Source of the DNA: an uncultured candidate division Zixibacteria bacterium
Lineage (GTDB): Bacteria; Zixibacteria; MSB-5A5; UBA10806
Assembly: GCA_963801605.1 (NCBI GenBank)
Contig: CAWDFP010000006.1
Span: forward strand, 608,001-672,000
Reading direction: 5' to 3'
Length of the DNA stretch: 64,000 bases
Part shown: positions 20,566 to 30,049 of the stretch, in pieces
How the letters are laid out: the number at the start of each line of letters is the position of its first letter
Position numbering within the stretch: position 1 is the first letter of the stretch
The notes under the pieces: model-generated
Told to the model about the DNA's origin: nothing
What the model saw: only the letters and a program-made list of their open reading frames with translations
The model's database searches: none
Position numbers and translations under genes: made by a program

Positions 20566-21760
20566 ATGACAGACGAATTTAAACAAAAACAAGACTTATC
20601 AGCGCTCAGAATTAACCATGACCGAGGCGAAAATTACGGCAGCGGAAAGCGCCTAAAAACTGTTCTTTGGATAACAATCCCGATAATTATAGTTATTGTA
20701 TTCGTGTTAATTTTCGGAAGCATTTCCGCTACCAAAGAGGTCAGGGTCGCGTCGGTATCACAATTGACACAAGCTCAAGCCCAATCAGTCCTTAGTGCCA
20801 CCGGATATGTGGTTGCCGAACGGAAAGCCTCGGTCGCGTCTAAGGGTACTGGACGACTGGAATGGCTGGGAGTTGAAGAGGGCGATACTGTCGTCAAAGG
20901 CCAAGTCATAGGCCGAATTGAAAACGCCGATATGATGGCGGCCCTGGATTTAGCCAAAGCAAATCTGGAGCAGGCCAAGGCTGAAAGCACTCAGGCCATC
21001 CTCGATTATAACCGTCAAAAACTACTTAAGGAAAAAGGATTTACCACTGATGCTGTTTTGGAAGCCAGCCAGGCAGCTTACAAGAGCGCTGATGCCGCAG
21101 TTAAGTCCGCCTCCGCCGCCGTTAAAGCGGCCGAGGTTAACCTTGAAAACACCTATATCCGGGCGCCTTTTGATGGCACTGTCCTTTCCAAGCACGCCGA
21201 TGTCGGTGAAGTGGTAGCGCCCTTTGCATCATCAGCAAGCTCTAAGGGTTCGGTTGTTGATCTTGCCGATATGAGCTCTTTGGAGGTTGAGGCTGACGTT
21301 TCCGAATCTAATATTCAAAAAGTTGAAATCGGGCAGCCGTGCGAGATAATCCTCGATGCTTATCCCGCTATCCATTATAAGGGGCACGTAAAAAAAATCG
21401 TACCAACTGCTGACCGTTCGCGCGCTACCGTGCTAACTAAGGTCTCTTTTTCCGAGATCGATAGCAAAGTTCTACCAGAGATGAGCGCCAGAATAAATTT
21501 CCTTCAGAGCGAAGCCGATTCACAGGCAGCAGCCGGCCGATACTACTCTCGCCGTGCCCAACAATGCGATTGTTACCAGAGACAACCAATCCTTGGTATA
21601 TACCATTACAGACGAAAAAGCCCGGGAAATTGCAGTTACCGTCGGTACCAGGCTTGGCAATCTCACGCAAATTACCGGGGGTTTGCGGCCCGGCCAGAAA
21701 GTGATCGTATCGCCTCCTCCGGAATTAAAGGCCGGCGATAAGGTGAAAATCGTAGAATAG
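20566..21760 (+). CDS. Efflux membrane-fusion (MacA-like) subunit (indel near 21535)
   Basis: N-terminal TM, VEEGDTV, IRAPFDG, LEVEADVSE. The C-terminus (VPNNAIV...GLRPGQKV) is in ORF 21554..21760. Confidence 0.9.
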
Positions 21761-21769
21761 AGGAATGTA

Positions 21770-22444
21770 ATGTGCGCTGTTTTGGTCAAACTTGAAAAAG
21801 TGAACAAAAGTTATCACCGGGATAGCATCAAGATTCCGGTGCTTGACAATATTAATCTCGACATTCACGACGGGGAATTTCTGGCCCTTATGGGACCGTC
21901 AGGTTCCGGTAAAACCACTTTACTAAACCTAATCGGCGGGATCGATAAGCCCAGCGCGGGGAAAATTGCTGTTGGTGATATCAATATCAGCCAGCTTGGC
22001 GAATCGGCCTTAGCTTCCTGGCGGGCGCGTCATGTGGGGTTTGTCTTTCAATTTTATAATCTCATGCCGGTATTAACCGCCTTTGAAAATGTTGAGCTGC
22101 CGCTATTACTGACGCATCTTTCGAAACGGGATCGGCGACAGCATGTCGAACTGGCGCTGTCGGTAGTTGGCCTCGAGGATCGTATTCGTCACTATCCAAG
22201 GCAACTTTCCGGCGGGCAGGAACAGAGAGTGGCGATAGCACGGGCGTTAGTAACGGATCCAACCCTGATTCTTGCCGACGAGCCTACAGGCGATCTCGAT
22301 AAAAATTCTGCCCAGGAAGTTATGGCGCTTTTGGCCCGTCTTAATACCGAATTCAAGAAGACTATTATTATGGTGACCCACGACCCTCGAGCGGCTGAGA
22401 AAGCCACAGTGCACAGATATCTCGACAAGGGAGAATTGGTCTAA
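21770..22444 (+). CDS. ABC transporter ATP-binding protein (LolD/MacB-type)
   Basis: GPSGSGKT, LSGGQEQRV, ILADEPTG, VTHD. Confidence 0.95.
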   Translation: MCAVLVKLEKVNKSYHRDSIKIPVLDNINLDIHDGEFLALMGPSGSGKTTLLNLIGGIDKPSAGKIAVGDINISQLGESALASWRARHVGFVFQFYNLMPVLTAFENVELPLLLTHLSKRDRRQHVELALSVVGLEDRIRHYPRQLSGGQEQRVAIARALVTDPTLILADEPTGDLDKNSAQEVMALLARLNTEFKKTIIMVTHDPRAAEKATVHRYLDKGELV

Positions 22445-22447
22445 GCG

Positions 22448-23608
22448 ATGTGGTATGTCAGGCTGATAGTCCGTAACGCCGGACGGCATAAACTTCGGAC
22501 CATGCTCACGATTTTGGGCCTGGCAATCGCCACGCTGGCTTTCTGTGTTATCCGAACCATGATAAGCTCCTACTATGCCAGCGCGGATATTCTGCCTCCT
22601 GATCGTCTTATAACGCGAAACGCGGTCTCTATCATTTTTGATTTGCCGCAGGCATACAAGCAGCGTATCGAAGGCGTTCAGGGAGTCACCAGTGTCGGCT
22701 ACGGTAATTGGTTTGGCGGCCTTTATAAAAACGATCAAAAGAATTTTTTCCCTAATTTCGCAGTGGGGCCGGATTATTATTTGGATATCTATTCCGAGTT
22801 TGTAGTCCCCCCGGAGGAGAAAGAGCAGTACCTCAAAGATAAATCAGGAGCCATTGCGGGAACCAAGCTTGCGGAGCGTTTTGGCTGGAAAATAGGCGAC
22901 CCGATTCGTCTAACCGGTCAAATTTACCCGGGCGATTGGGATTTTATTTTACGAGGCATCTATAAAGGCGACAAGCCCGGAGTGGATGAAAATTCATTCC
23001 TCTTTCATTATGAATATCTCGATGATAAGATGAAAACAACAGTCCCGGAAATGTCCGGGCGCGTAGGCTGGTATGTTGTGAAGATCGCCGATCCATCGCA
23101 AGGCCCGGAGATAAGCGCCACCATTGACGCCATGTTTAAAAATTCGTCTGCGGAGACTATTACCGAAACTGAAAAAGCATTCAGTCTGGGGTTTTTAGCT
23201 CAAATGGACGCTATCATAACCGGTTTGCGTATCATGAGTTTCCTGATAATCGGGATCATTTTATTAGTTTTGGTAAATACAATGGCCATGAGCGCCCGAG
23301 AAAGAATTTCGGAATATGCAGTCCTAAAAACGTTGGGGTTCAGACCTTATCATTTAAGCGGTCTTATTTTAGGCGAATCGCTTCTTATCGCGTTGGTGGG
23401 CGGTGGCCTGGGAGTATTCCTTACATTCCCGATGCTTCAAGGGCTGGGAAAGGTGCTTCAAAACTTTTTCTCGGGTTTTCAAATCACCGGACTTACGTTT
23501 TTACTGGCCGCCATATTTGTATTCCTGGTGGGGATATTGGCGTCGTTTTTCCCCATATATAGAGCGATTAAAATTAAAATCGTCGAAGGGTTGCGCAACG
23601 TAGGCTGA
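22448..23608 (+). CDS. ABC transporter permease (MacB/FtsX family)
   Basis: N-terminal TM, large periplasmic domain, ERISEYAVLKTLGF, three C-terminal TMs. Confidence 0.93.
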   Translation: MWYVRLIVRNAGRHKLRTMLTILGLAIATLAFCVIRTMISSYYASADILPPDRLITRNAVSIIFDLPQAYKQRIEGVQGVTSVGYGNWFGGLYKNDQKNFFPNFAVGPDYYLDIYSEFVVPPEEKEQYLKDKSGAIAGTKLAERFGWKIGDPIRLTGQIYPGDWDFILRGIYKGDKPGVDENSFLFHYEYLDDKMKTTVPEMSGRVGWYVVKIADPSQGPEISATIDAMFKNSSAETITETEKAFSLGFLAQMDAIITGLRIMSFLIIGIILLVLVNTMAMSARERISEYAVLKTLGFRPYHLSGLILGESLLIALVGGGLGVFLTFPMLQGLGKVLQNFFSGFQITGLTFLLAAIFVFLVGILASFFPIYRAIKIKIVEGLRNVG

Positions 23609-23613
23609 TAAGT

Positions 23614-24780
23614 ATGATGGTTCCCTTTAAATATTCTTTTCGAAGTCTGGTGGCTCGTCGCATGACCACTTTGCTCACGATTTTTGGCGTAACTCTGGTT
23701 GTTTTTGTTTTTGCGGCGGTTTTGATGCTGGCGGATGGCCTTAAAAAAACGTTGGTGGCCTCGGGCAGTGATGAAAATGCTATCATCATCAGAGAATCAT
23801 CCAGCACCGAGATTCAAAGTTTCGTCACTCGCTACCAGGCGGGCGTTATTCAAACCCTGCCCGATATTGCCTTAGATCAAAACGACCAACCATTGGTCAC
23901 CGGCGAATGCGTAGTGCTCATAAATAAAAACCGAATTGGCACCCAGAAGTTTGCCAATGTCATGGTTCGCGGCATCGAGCCAATGTCTCTCTCGGTTCAT
24001 AAAGGGGTAAAGATTACAGCGGGACGAATGTTCGATTTTGGGAAAACCGAGATTATTGTGGGCAAAAAAATAAGCGATGGTTTCGAGGGCTGCAAGTTGG
24101 GGGAAACTATCACATTCGGTATGACCGATTGGACGATTGTGGGGATATTCGAGGCCGGTGGCGCGTCATTTGAATCTGAAATCTGGGGTGATGTTAATCA
24201 GCTTATGCCGGCGTTTGGACGGCCCGTCTTTTCCTCGATGACCTTTCGCATGAAAGATCCGTCACGCTTCGCCGATATTCGCGACAAAATTACATCCGAT
24301 CCCAGAATGACTGTCGATGTCAAGCGCGAAAAACAGTATTATGACGAGCAATCCGCATTCACCGCTAATTTTATTAAGATTTTGGGACAAATCATCAGCA
24401 CAGTATTCAGCCTCGGGGCCATCATCGGCGCCATGATCACCATGTATGCGGCCGTGGCCAATCGCACCAGGGAGATCGCCACCATGCGCGCTTTGGGATT
24501 CAGGCGGCGAAACATTTTGAGCGCCTTCCTCCTGGAAGCATTGGCAATTTCTTTTTTGGGAGGAGCACTCGGTTTGGTGGCGGCTTCGTTCTTACAGTTT
24601 TTGAGCGTATCAACGATTAACTGGAATACGTTTTCCGATCTTACTTTCAAGTTTGCCCTGTCGCCGGGGATAATCATTAACACCATGATATTCGCGTTGA
24701 TGATGGGTTTCCTTGGCGGATTTCTTCCGGCGGTCAGAGCCTCGCGTATCAAGATTATCGAAGCTTTAAGAGCGGAATAA
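23614..24780 (+). CDS. ABC transporter permease (MacB/FtsX family)
   Basis: RTREIATMRALGF, PAVRASR; same topology as the previous gene. Confidence 0.93.
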   Translation: MMVPFKYSFRSLVARRMTTLLTIFGVTLVVFVFAAVLMLADGLKKTLVASGSDENAIIIRESSSTEIQSFVTRYQAGVIQTLPDIALDQNDQPLVTGECVVLINKNRIGTQKFANVMVRGIEPMSLSVHKGVKITAGRMFDFGKTEIIVGKKISDGFEGCKLGETITFGMTDWTIVGIFEAGGASFESEIWGDVNQLMPAFGRPVFSSMTFRMKDPSRFADIRDKITSDPRMTVDVKREKQYYDEQSAFTANFIKILGQIISTVFSLGAIIGAMITMYAAVANRTREIATMRALGFRRRNILSAFLLEALAISFLGGALGLVAASFLQFLSVSTINWNTFSDLTFKFALSPGIIINTMIFALMMGFLGGFLPAVRASRIKIIEALRAE

Positions 24781-24801
24781 TAGAAGTAATGCGATTTCGA
24801 T

Positions 24802-24834
24802 AAAAAAAGGCGCCGGAGCAATCCAGCGCCTTTT
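24802..24834. terminator. Bidirectional terminator
   Basis: aaaaggcgccgga-gcaa-tccagcgcctttt between convergent genes. Confidence 0.75.
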
Positions 24835-24847
24835 CTAATACCGTCTT

Positions 24848-25690
24848 TTATTTGCCCGGCTTTATGGCCTTTACTCTTATGCTGGCAACGACCTTTTCAA
24901 CCTCAGCCGCAATTTTTTCGATGGGTTGATCCATCTTCTTTATGATAGCGTTGGCGGTAGGATCATCGGCCATATACTCCAGTCCGAACGATTTTTCGCT
25001 CATGACTTCGACATTTATAAAGCCGGCGTCCTCGATTATCTTGAGGTATTCACTCTTAAGGCTTGCCCCCGAAAGGCAGCCGACATAAGCGTCGAGCGAT
25101 TTAGCAATAAACTCGGGTAGCGCTCCCAAAAGGACAATGTCCGATACCATTAGCCGTCCGCCTGGCTTAAGCGTTCGGAAAGCCTCGGAAAAAACGCGCG
25201 CTTTATCGGGCACCAGGTTTATAACGCAGTTTGAGATGATGATATCGACCGAGGAATCAGCCACCGGAAGAGTTTCGATCTCGCCCAAGCGAAATTCGAC
25301 ATTAGTATAGTTGCCTTTCTTGGCATTGATTCGCGCTTTTTCAATCATCTCGGGCGTCATATCTACTCCGATTACCTTGCCTTTGGACCCGACTTTATTA
25401 GCCGCCAGGAAGCAGTCAAAACCGGCGCCGGAGCCAAGATCGAGAACGGTCTCGCCTGGTTCGAGCAATGCCAATGCTATAGGGTTACCGCATCCCAAAC
25501 CAAGATTGGATTCATCCGGGACCGTCGATAACTCTTCTTTGCTATAGCCGATACCTTTACTGATGAGGTCGGCCGAGTTGGCGCTTCCACAGCACGATGT
25601 TTTCGCCGATCCACAGCAAGAGCTTCCTTTTTTCGCGATTTGGGCATAACCCTCGCGAACCGCTTTTTTTAGCTTTAAATCGTCTTCCAT
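24848..25690 (-). CDS. arsM: Arsenite S-adenosylmethionine methyltransferase
   Basis: GLGCGNP, VLDLGSGAGFD, ISNCVINL, GCLSGA and N-terminal CC pairs. It reads on the minus strand ('cttccat' at 25684-25690 = ATG GAA G); the ORF track strand label is wrong. Confidence 0.95.
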   Translation of the reverse strand: MEDDLKLKKAVREGYAQIAKKGSSCCGSAKTSCCGSANSADLISKGIGYSKEELSTVPDESNLGLGCGNPIALALLEPGETVLDLGSGAGFDCFLAANKVGSKGKVIGVDMTPEMIEKARINAKKGNYTNVEFRLGEIETLPVADSSVDIIISNCVINLVPDKARVFSEAFRTLKPGGRLMVSDIVLLGALPEFIAKSLDAYVGCLSGASLKSEYLKIIEDAGFINVEVMSEKSFGLEYMADDPTANAIIKKMDQPIEKIAAEVEKVVASIRVKAIKPGK

Positions 25691-25723
25691 ATTTATCTCC
25701 TTCTAAATGTATTTATATTAAAG

Positions 25724-26002
25724 CTATCCAGTTATTTCTTTCATCATCGGTCCGAGAGCAACCTTGACCATTCCCGCAAACTCATTGGCCTTCATTAGCG
25801 AGATGCAACAAACTTTCCCATTATCTTCCCAGCTGATGATAGCCAGCTTGTCTCCGGCTTCGATTCCTGCTTTTTCGCGTATCTCCTTTGGCAGGACCAT
25901 CTGTCCGCGCTCGTCCACGCTAACCACTGCCTCCACAACGCAGCAGGCCGCCGCTCCCTTGGCGTCTCCGGGTCCACAACAGCTTTTCGTTTTCTTTGGC
26001 AT
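25724..26002 (-). CDS. AbrB/MazE/SpoVT-fold DNA-binding protein with three vicinal CC pairs
   Basis: SVDERGQMVLPKEIREKAGIEAGDKL AbrB signature with SCCG, ACCV and VCCI. It reads on the minus strand ('ggcat' ending 26002). Confidence 0.88.
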   Translation of the reverse strand: MPKKTKSCCGPGDAKGAAACCVVEAVVSVDERGQMVLPKEIREKAGIEAGDKLAIISWEDNGKVCCISLMKANEFAGMVKVALGPMMKEITG

Positions 26003-26040
26003 TTTATTTTTCCTTCCGTATCTGTTGACTAATCATCCTA

Positions 26041-26084
26041 TTCTGAATACGCTGAAATATCAGAAAAGGTTGCGTTTTTGTCAA
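26041..26084 (-). promoter_or_regulatory. sigma70 promoter with overlapping operator IR (TTCTGA-N13-TCAGAA)
   Basis: Minus strand TTGACA(26084-26079)-N17-GATATT(26061-26056); the IR at 26041-26065 covers the -10 and start site. Confidence 0.6.
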
Positions 26085-26213
26085 GAGATTTTTATAAGGT
26101 TGTTTTTAGGAGAACCAGGGGCGGCGTAAGCCATTGCAATAGCGGTTGTTATACTGCCAGGAAAGCCCTCAACGCGAACATTTGTTTATACTTAATGGGG
26201 CAAAAATATTGAA

Positions 26214-27863
26214 TTATTTAATTAATGTACACCTTTTAACCTGGCTCAAATCTCCAACCTGGAGACGATAATAATATAGACCCGACGATAAATCGCCCGC
26301 ATTCCATACTACGGAGTGCATCCCGGCGTCCTGATATTCATTTTGAAGCGAACCTATTTTTCGGCCCAGAAGATCGTAAATATCCAGCGAGACATAAGAT
26401 CGCTTTGCCAGTTCATAGCTGATCGTGGTTTGAGCGTTGAAAGGATTGGGATAATTGGAGCATAGGGTAAATTGGTCGGGGACCTTAGGAATATCTTCAA
26501 TTCCCGAGAGAATCAGATTAACCGCGCGGGCGCAGTTAATCCGGCCCGCGCCAAGCAAACCGTTATTGTTTGGAATGGTATCAGCAGAAATCTTGATGAT
26601 ATTCTCAATCTGATCATTAGTATAACCCGGATGCCAGGCACAGACCAGGGCGGCCAGACCAGAGACCAGTCCGGCCGAGAAGGAAGTGCCGGAATAGTTA
26701 ACAAATTCAGATTGACCATAGGTAGTCCATATATCCGCACCCGGAGCGCAAATATCCACCCATGGCCCATATCCTGAGAATGGCGCTCGGTGATCCAGGT
26801 TGTCGGTTGCAGCTACGGCCATAACATGATTGTATCCTGCCGGGTAAACCCTGGAGGTGTCGCTGCCTCCTCCTGCGGAAGCGATAATCAACGCTCCCTC
26901 TGCCCAGGCAGCATCCATTAAATTTTGTCCGGCTTGGCTGAATGGTGAGGCCCACGAGCAATTAATAATCTGCGCTCCCATGTCCGCGGCGTAGATAAAA
27001 GCCTGATAAAGATTTGTACCGCCATTGGTATCGTTAAAGCCTTTTAAGCACATTATCCTGGCGTTAAAACCTATGCCTGCTCCTAAAAGAGAATTGTCAG
27101 CTACCTCGGATGCGCAACCGGCGACGGCGGTTCCGTGCGGCACGGCATCGTCTGATGGGTCCGAATCGTTATTTCCAAAATCATAGCCAACGACATCATC
27201 AATAAAGCCGTTACTGTCATCGTCTATCCCATTTAGATCGCCATTGTCAAAGATGCCGTTGTGATTGATATCCTCTCCCAAATTTATCCAGATATTTGCA
27301 GCCAGATCGGGATGATCCCAATGCACGCCGGAGTCGACTATTCCGATTATAGCATGTTTGGTGGTGTCGCCGCGGACCAGGTCCCAAGCCTGATATGCCT
27401 GGGTAAAGGACAAGTACCACTGGTCACTCGCTCGGGGATCATTTGGCACGTAATTTAGATGAGGGAGATACAGCAACTCGGCAAATTCGATCCACGGATT
27501 GTCCGCGAACACCTGCAAAAGGGATGTAGCATCAACGTCATCCGTGAAGGTAAATATATAGATTCTGGAAATTTCTCGGAGGAGAGTTGGCTTGGTGAGC
27601 CGTCCCCGAAAAAGCGGTTCTACCGATACAACGCCGTATTGCCTGCAAAGCTCGTCAACCGAAACGACTCCGGTTATGGCAAATCCTGCATCCGCCTGGC
27701 CTGTTAAATATGACGGAGCATCATACTCATTGGTAATCAAAATTTGATTGGCGATATATTTTTGCCCGTTGGTAAGCTCTGCAATTTTTATCCCGCTATC
27801 AGCAATAGCGAGAAGCGGCAATAAAAATATCAACCCCAAAACAAATATAAATACTAACTTCAT
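26214..27863 (-). CDS. Secreted S8 subtilisin-like serine protease with T9SS-type C-terminal domain
   Basis: Catalytic triad IVDSG / HGTAVAG / SGTSFS; DDDSNGFIDD Ca-loop; C-terminal NYPNPFN...SSGLYYYRL. Confidence 0.93.
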   Translation of the reverse strand: MKLVFIFVLGLIFLLPLLAIADSGIKIAELTNGQKYIANQILITNEYDAPSYLTGQADAGFAITGVVSVDELCRQYGVVSVEPLFRGRLTKPTLLREISRIYIFTFTDDVDATSLLQVFADNPWIEFAELLYLPHLNYVPNDPRASDQWYLSFTQAYQAWDLVRGDTTKHAIIGIVDSGVHWDHPDLAANIWINLGEDINHNGIFDNGDLNGIDDDSNGFIDDVVGYDFGNNDSDPSDDAVPHGTAVAGCASEVADNSLLGAGIGFNARIMCLKGFNDTNGGTNLYQAFIYAADMGAQIINCSWASPFSQAGQNLMDAAWAEGALIIASAGGGSDTSRVYPAGYNHVMAVAATDNLDHRAPFSGYGPWVDICAPGADIWTTYGQSEFVNYSGTSFSAGLVSGLAALVCAWHPGYTNDQIENIIKISADTIPNNNGLLGAGRINCARAVNLILSGIEDIPKVPDQFTLCSNYPNPFNAQTTISYELAKRSYVSLDIYDLLGRKIGSLQNEYQDAGMHSVVWNAGDLSSGLYYYRLQVGDLSQVKRCTLIK

Positions 27864-28065
27864 GGCACATCTCCTTTTCTTCAAAGATCTAAATTTCCCA
27901 AATCAAGACAGAAGCAAGGATAATGATTAATACATATAATTTATCTCGAAACCCGGCGCTGTCAAGTTATTCATAACAATTATGTTACATGATTACAAGT
28001 TAATACCTGCCAGTTATTTCTTTACTATTGTTATCTATAGCATTAAATTTAACACAGAGGTCTCT

Positions 28066-28965
28066 ATGCTTACCGGTGTCCACTTTCTTTTAACCTATAA
28101 ATGCGTTTATGAATGCGACCATTGCTTCCTGTATTGCGGCCCATCCTCGGAAGGCGTTTTTACGCTCGATAAAATAAAAGCGGTCTTGGCCCAGATGGAA
28201 GAAATCGCAACTGTGAACACAGCTTATTTCGAGGGCGGCGAGCCGTTTTTATACTACCCGCTACTGGTCGAATCGCTTCGCCTGGCGAAGGGAATGGGAT
28301 TTGAAGTTGGAGTTGTCACCAACGCTTATTGGGCTACGTCTAAAGAAGATGCCCGGCTGTGGCTTCGGCCTCTGGCAGAAATTGGAATTAGCGATCTGAG
28401 CGTTTCGGGCGACACATTTCACGGCGAAAATGATAAAAATCCGCAATTCGCGGTCGAGGCCGCAAAAGAACTTGGGATTCCCTGCAGCTCCATTTGTATC
28501 GAGGCGCCTAAAATAATCCATGATGATAAAAAATGGCAGGGCGAACCGGTGGTTGGGGGCGACGTTCTCTTCAAGGGGCGTGCCGTTGATAAATTATCGG
28601 AAAACCTTCCGCGGCGTGATTATGCTATTTTCAATGAGTGCCCTCACGAGGAACTGGCTGATCCCGGAAGAGTCCATATCGACGCCTTCGGCTTTGTGCA
28701 TCTCTGCCAGGGACTTACGATTGGAAATATTAATCAAGTCTCCTTAAGGAAAATATTTGAAACGTACAAGCCCGAGTTACATCCTATAATTGCTCCCCTA
28801 ATAAAAGGCGGGCCGGCCGAACTCGCCCGAACCTTTGATTTTGACACAAGCGCCGGCTATATCGATGCTTGTCATCTCTGTTTTGAGGTTCGTCGGAAGC
28901 TGTTGGATAAATACCCCGAATACCTGGCTCCCAGGCAGGTTTACGGTGTTATCGACGATTTATAA
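28066..28965 (+). CDS. Radical SAM protein
   Basis: CVYECDHC (CxxxCxxC), FEGGEPFL, VTNAYWA, C-terminal CHLC; SD gaggt before ATG 28066. Confidence 0.9.
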   Translation: MLTGVHFLLTYKCVYECDHCFLYCGPSSEGVFTLDKIKAVLAQMEEIATVNTAYFEGGEPFLYYPLLVESLRLAKGMGFEVGVVTNAYWATSKEDARLWLRPLAEIGISDLSVSGDTFHGENDKNPQFAVEAAKELGIPCSSICIEAPKIIHDDKKWQGEPVVGGDVLFKGRAVDKLSENLPRRDYAIFNECPHEELADPGRVHIDAFGFVHLCQGLTIGNINQVSLRKIFETYKPELHPIIAPLIKGGPAELARTFDFDTSAGYIDACHLCFEVRRKLLDKYPEYLAPRQVYGVIDDL

Positions 28966-29474
28966 TTCTACGCTCTTTTGAAGTACTCCCTCATGCTCAA
29001 GCAGCCATTTTTTGCGCCAAATCTTACCGCCGTACCCTACAAGCTCACCGCTTTTCCCGATTACCCGATGACAAGGTACTACTATTGATATTGGATTTGA
29101 ACCGTTGGCACGGCCAACGGCCCGCGAGGCGTTAGGGATTCCAAGTTTTGCCGCAATTGAGCCATAATTGACCGTTTGTCCGAATGGAATTTCCATAAGT
29201 CGTTTCCAAACCGATTTCTGAAATTCGGTTCCGGTAAAAATAAGGGGCAGATTGAAATGTTTTAATTTGCCGTCAAAATAGGCGCTTAGCTGTTCTTGAG
29301 TGATTCCAGGACAAGTGAATCACCCTCCTCAAGTGACGTTTGATATTGCTTTTCCAAGGCAATTAGATCCTTTTTGTCGGTACAATCCATAAAATTAAGA
29401 TAGCAAAGCTTGCCCTCATGTTCGGCTCCGAGCATCGCATCTATGGGGGTCTTCAGGGTTGTGTATTTAATCAT
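28960..29474 (-). CDS. ogt: O6-methylguanine-DNA methyltransferase (indel near 29295)
   Basis: GTEFQKSVW, IPFGQTVNYG, SRAVGRANGSNP, PCHRVIG active site. The N-terminus is in ORF 29286..29474. Confidence 0.92.
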
Positions 29475-29611
29475 TTTATTTCTCCTTCAATTTATATTCA
29501 TAAATATGAGCCAAAAACTAAGAATATCCACCCGAATCTTGCTTGAATCAAAGATAATTAAACCGTAAAAAAGCTCCTTGTTTTTTGGATAATTGATGCT
29601 ATCTTTTGGGC

Positions 29612-30049
29612 ATGAAGCGGCTAATATTAATTCCCTTACTGTTTATTTCGATTTATTCAATTGCGGCAGGCCAAAACCAGACACCAGCGGATATTAAAAA
29701 CGCGGATTCCCTGGCGATACCCGTTTCTCCACCTATAACGCCACCCTTTGATTCTCTTAAGCTCCATTCGGGGGACTCGGTTTTTATATTCGGTGGCGAA
29801 CTCTATTTCCGGGCCCGCACTAACGGTAAAGAATTCTTTATTTCGCGCGATGAATTACTTGCTCACTCTGATTCCCTCATCATTTACCAGTACTACAGGC
29901 TTGGAGCCGGATCAGAGATTACTCAAAAAGCAGATAGCGCTTCCGTAAAAATAGAACGTAAACGCTGCACTATGATCACCCAGGACGGCACCCGTTGTAA
30001 ACGTCTGGCCCAACCCGGTACAGACAGGTGCTGGCAACATAAAAAGTGA
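29612..30049 (+). CDS. Secreted hypothetical protein with C-terminal CxxxxxxxxxC...CxxH finger
   Basis: Signal peptide; tail RCTMITQDGTRCKRLAQPGTDRCWQH. Confidence 0.7.
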   Translation: MKRLILIPLLFISIYSIAAGQNQTPADIKNADSLAIPVSPPITPPFDSLKLHSGDSVFIFGGELYFRARTNGKEFFISRDELLAHSDSLIIYQYYRLGAGSEITQKADSASVKIERKRCTMITQDGTRCKRLAQPGTDRCWQHKK

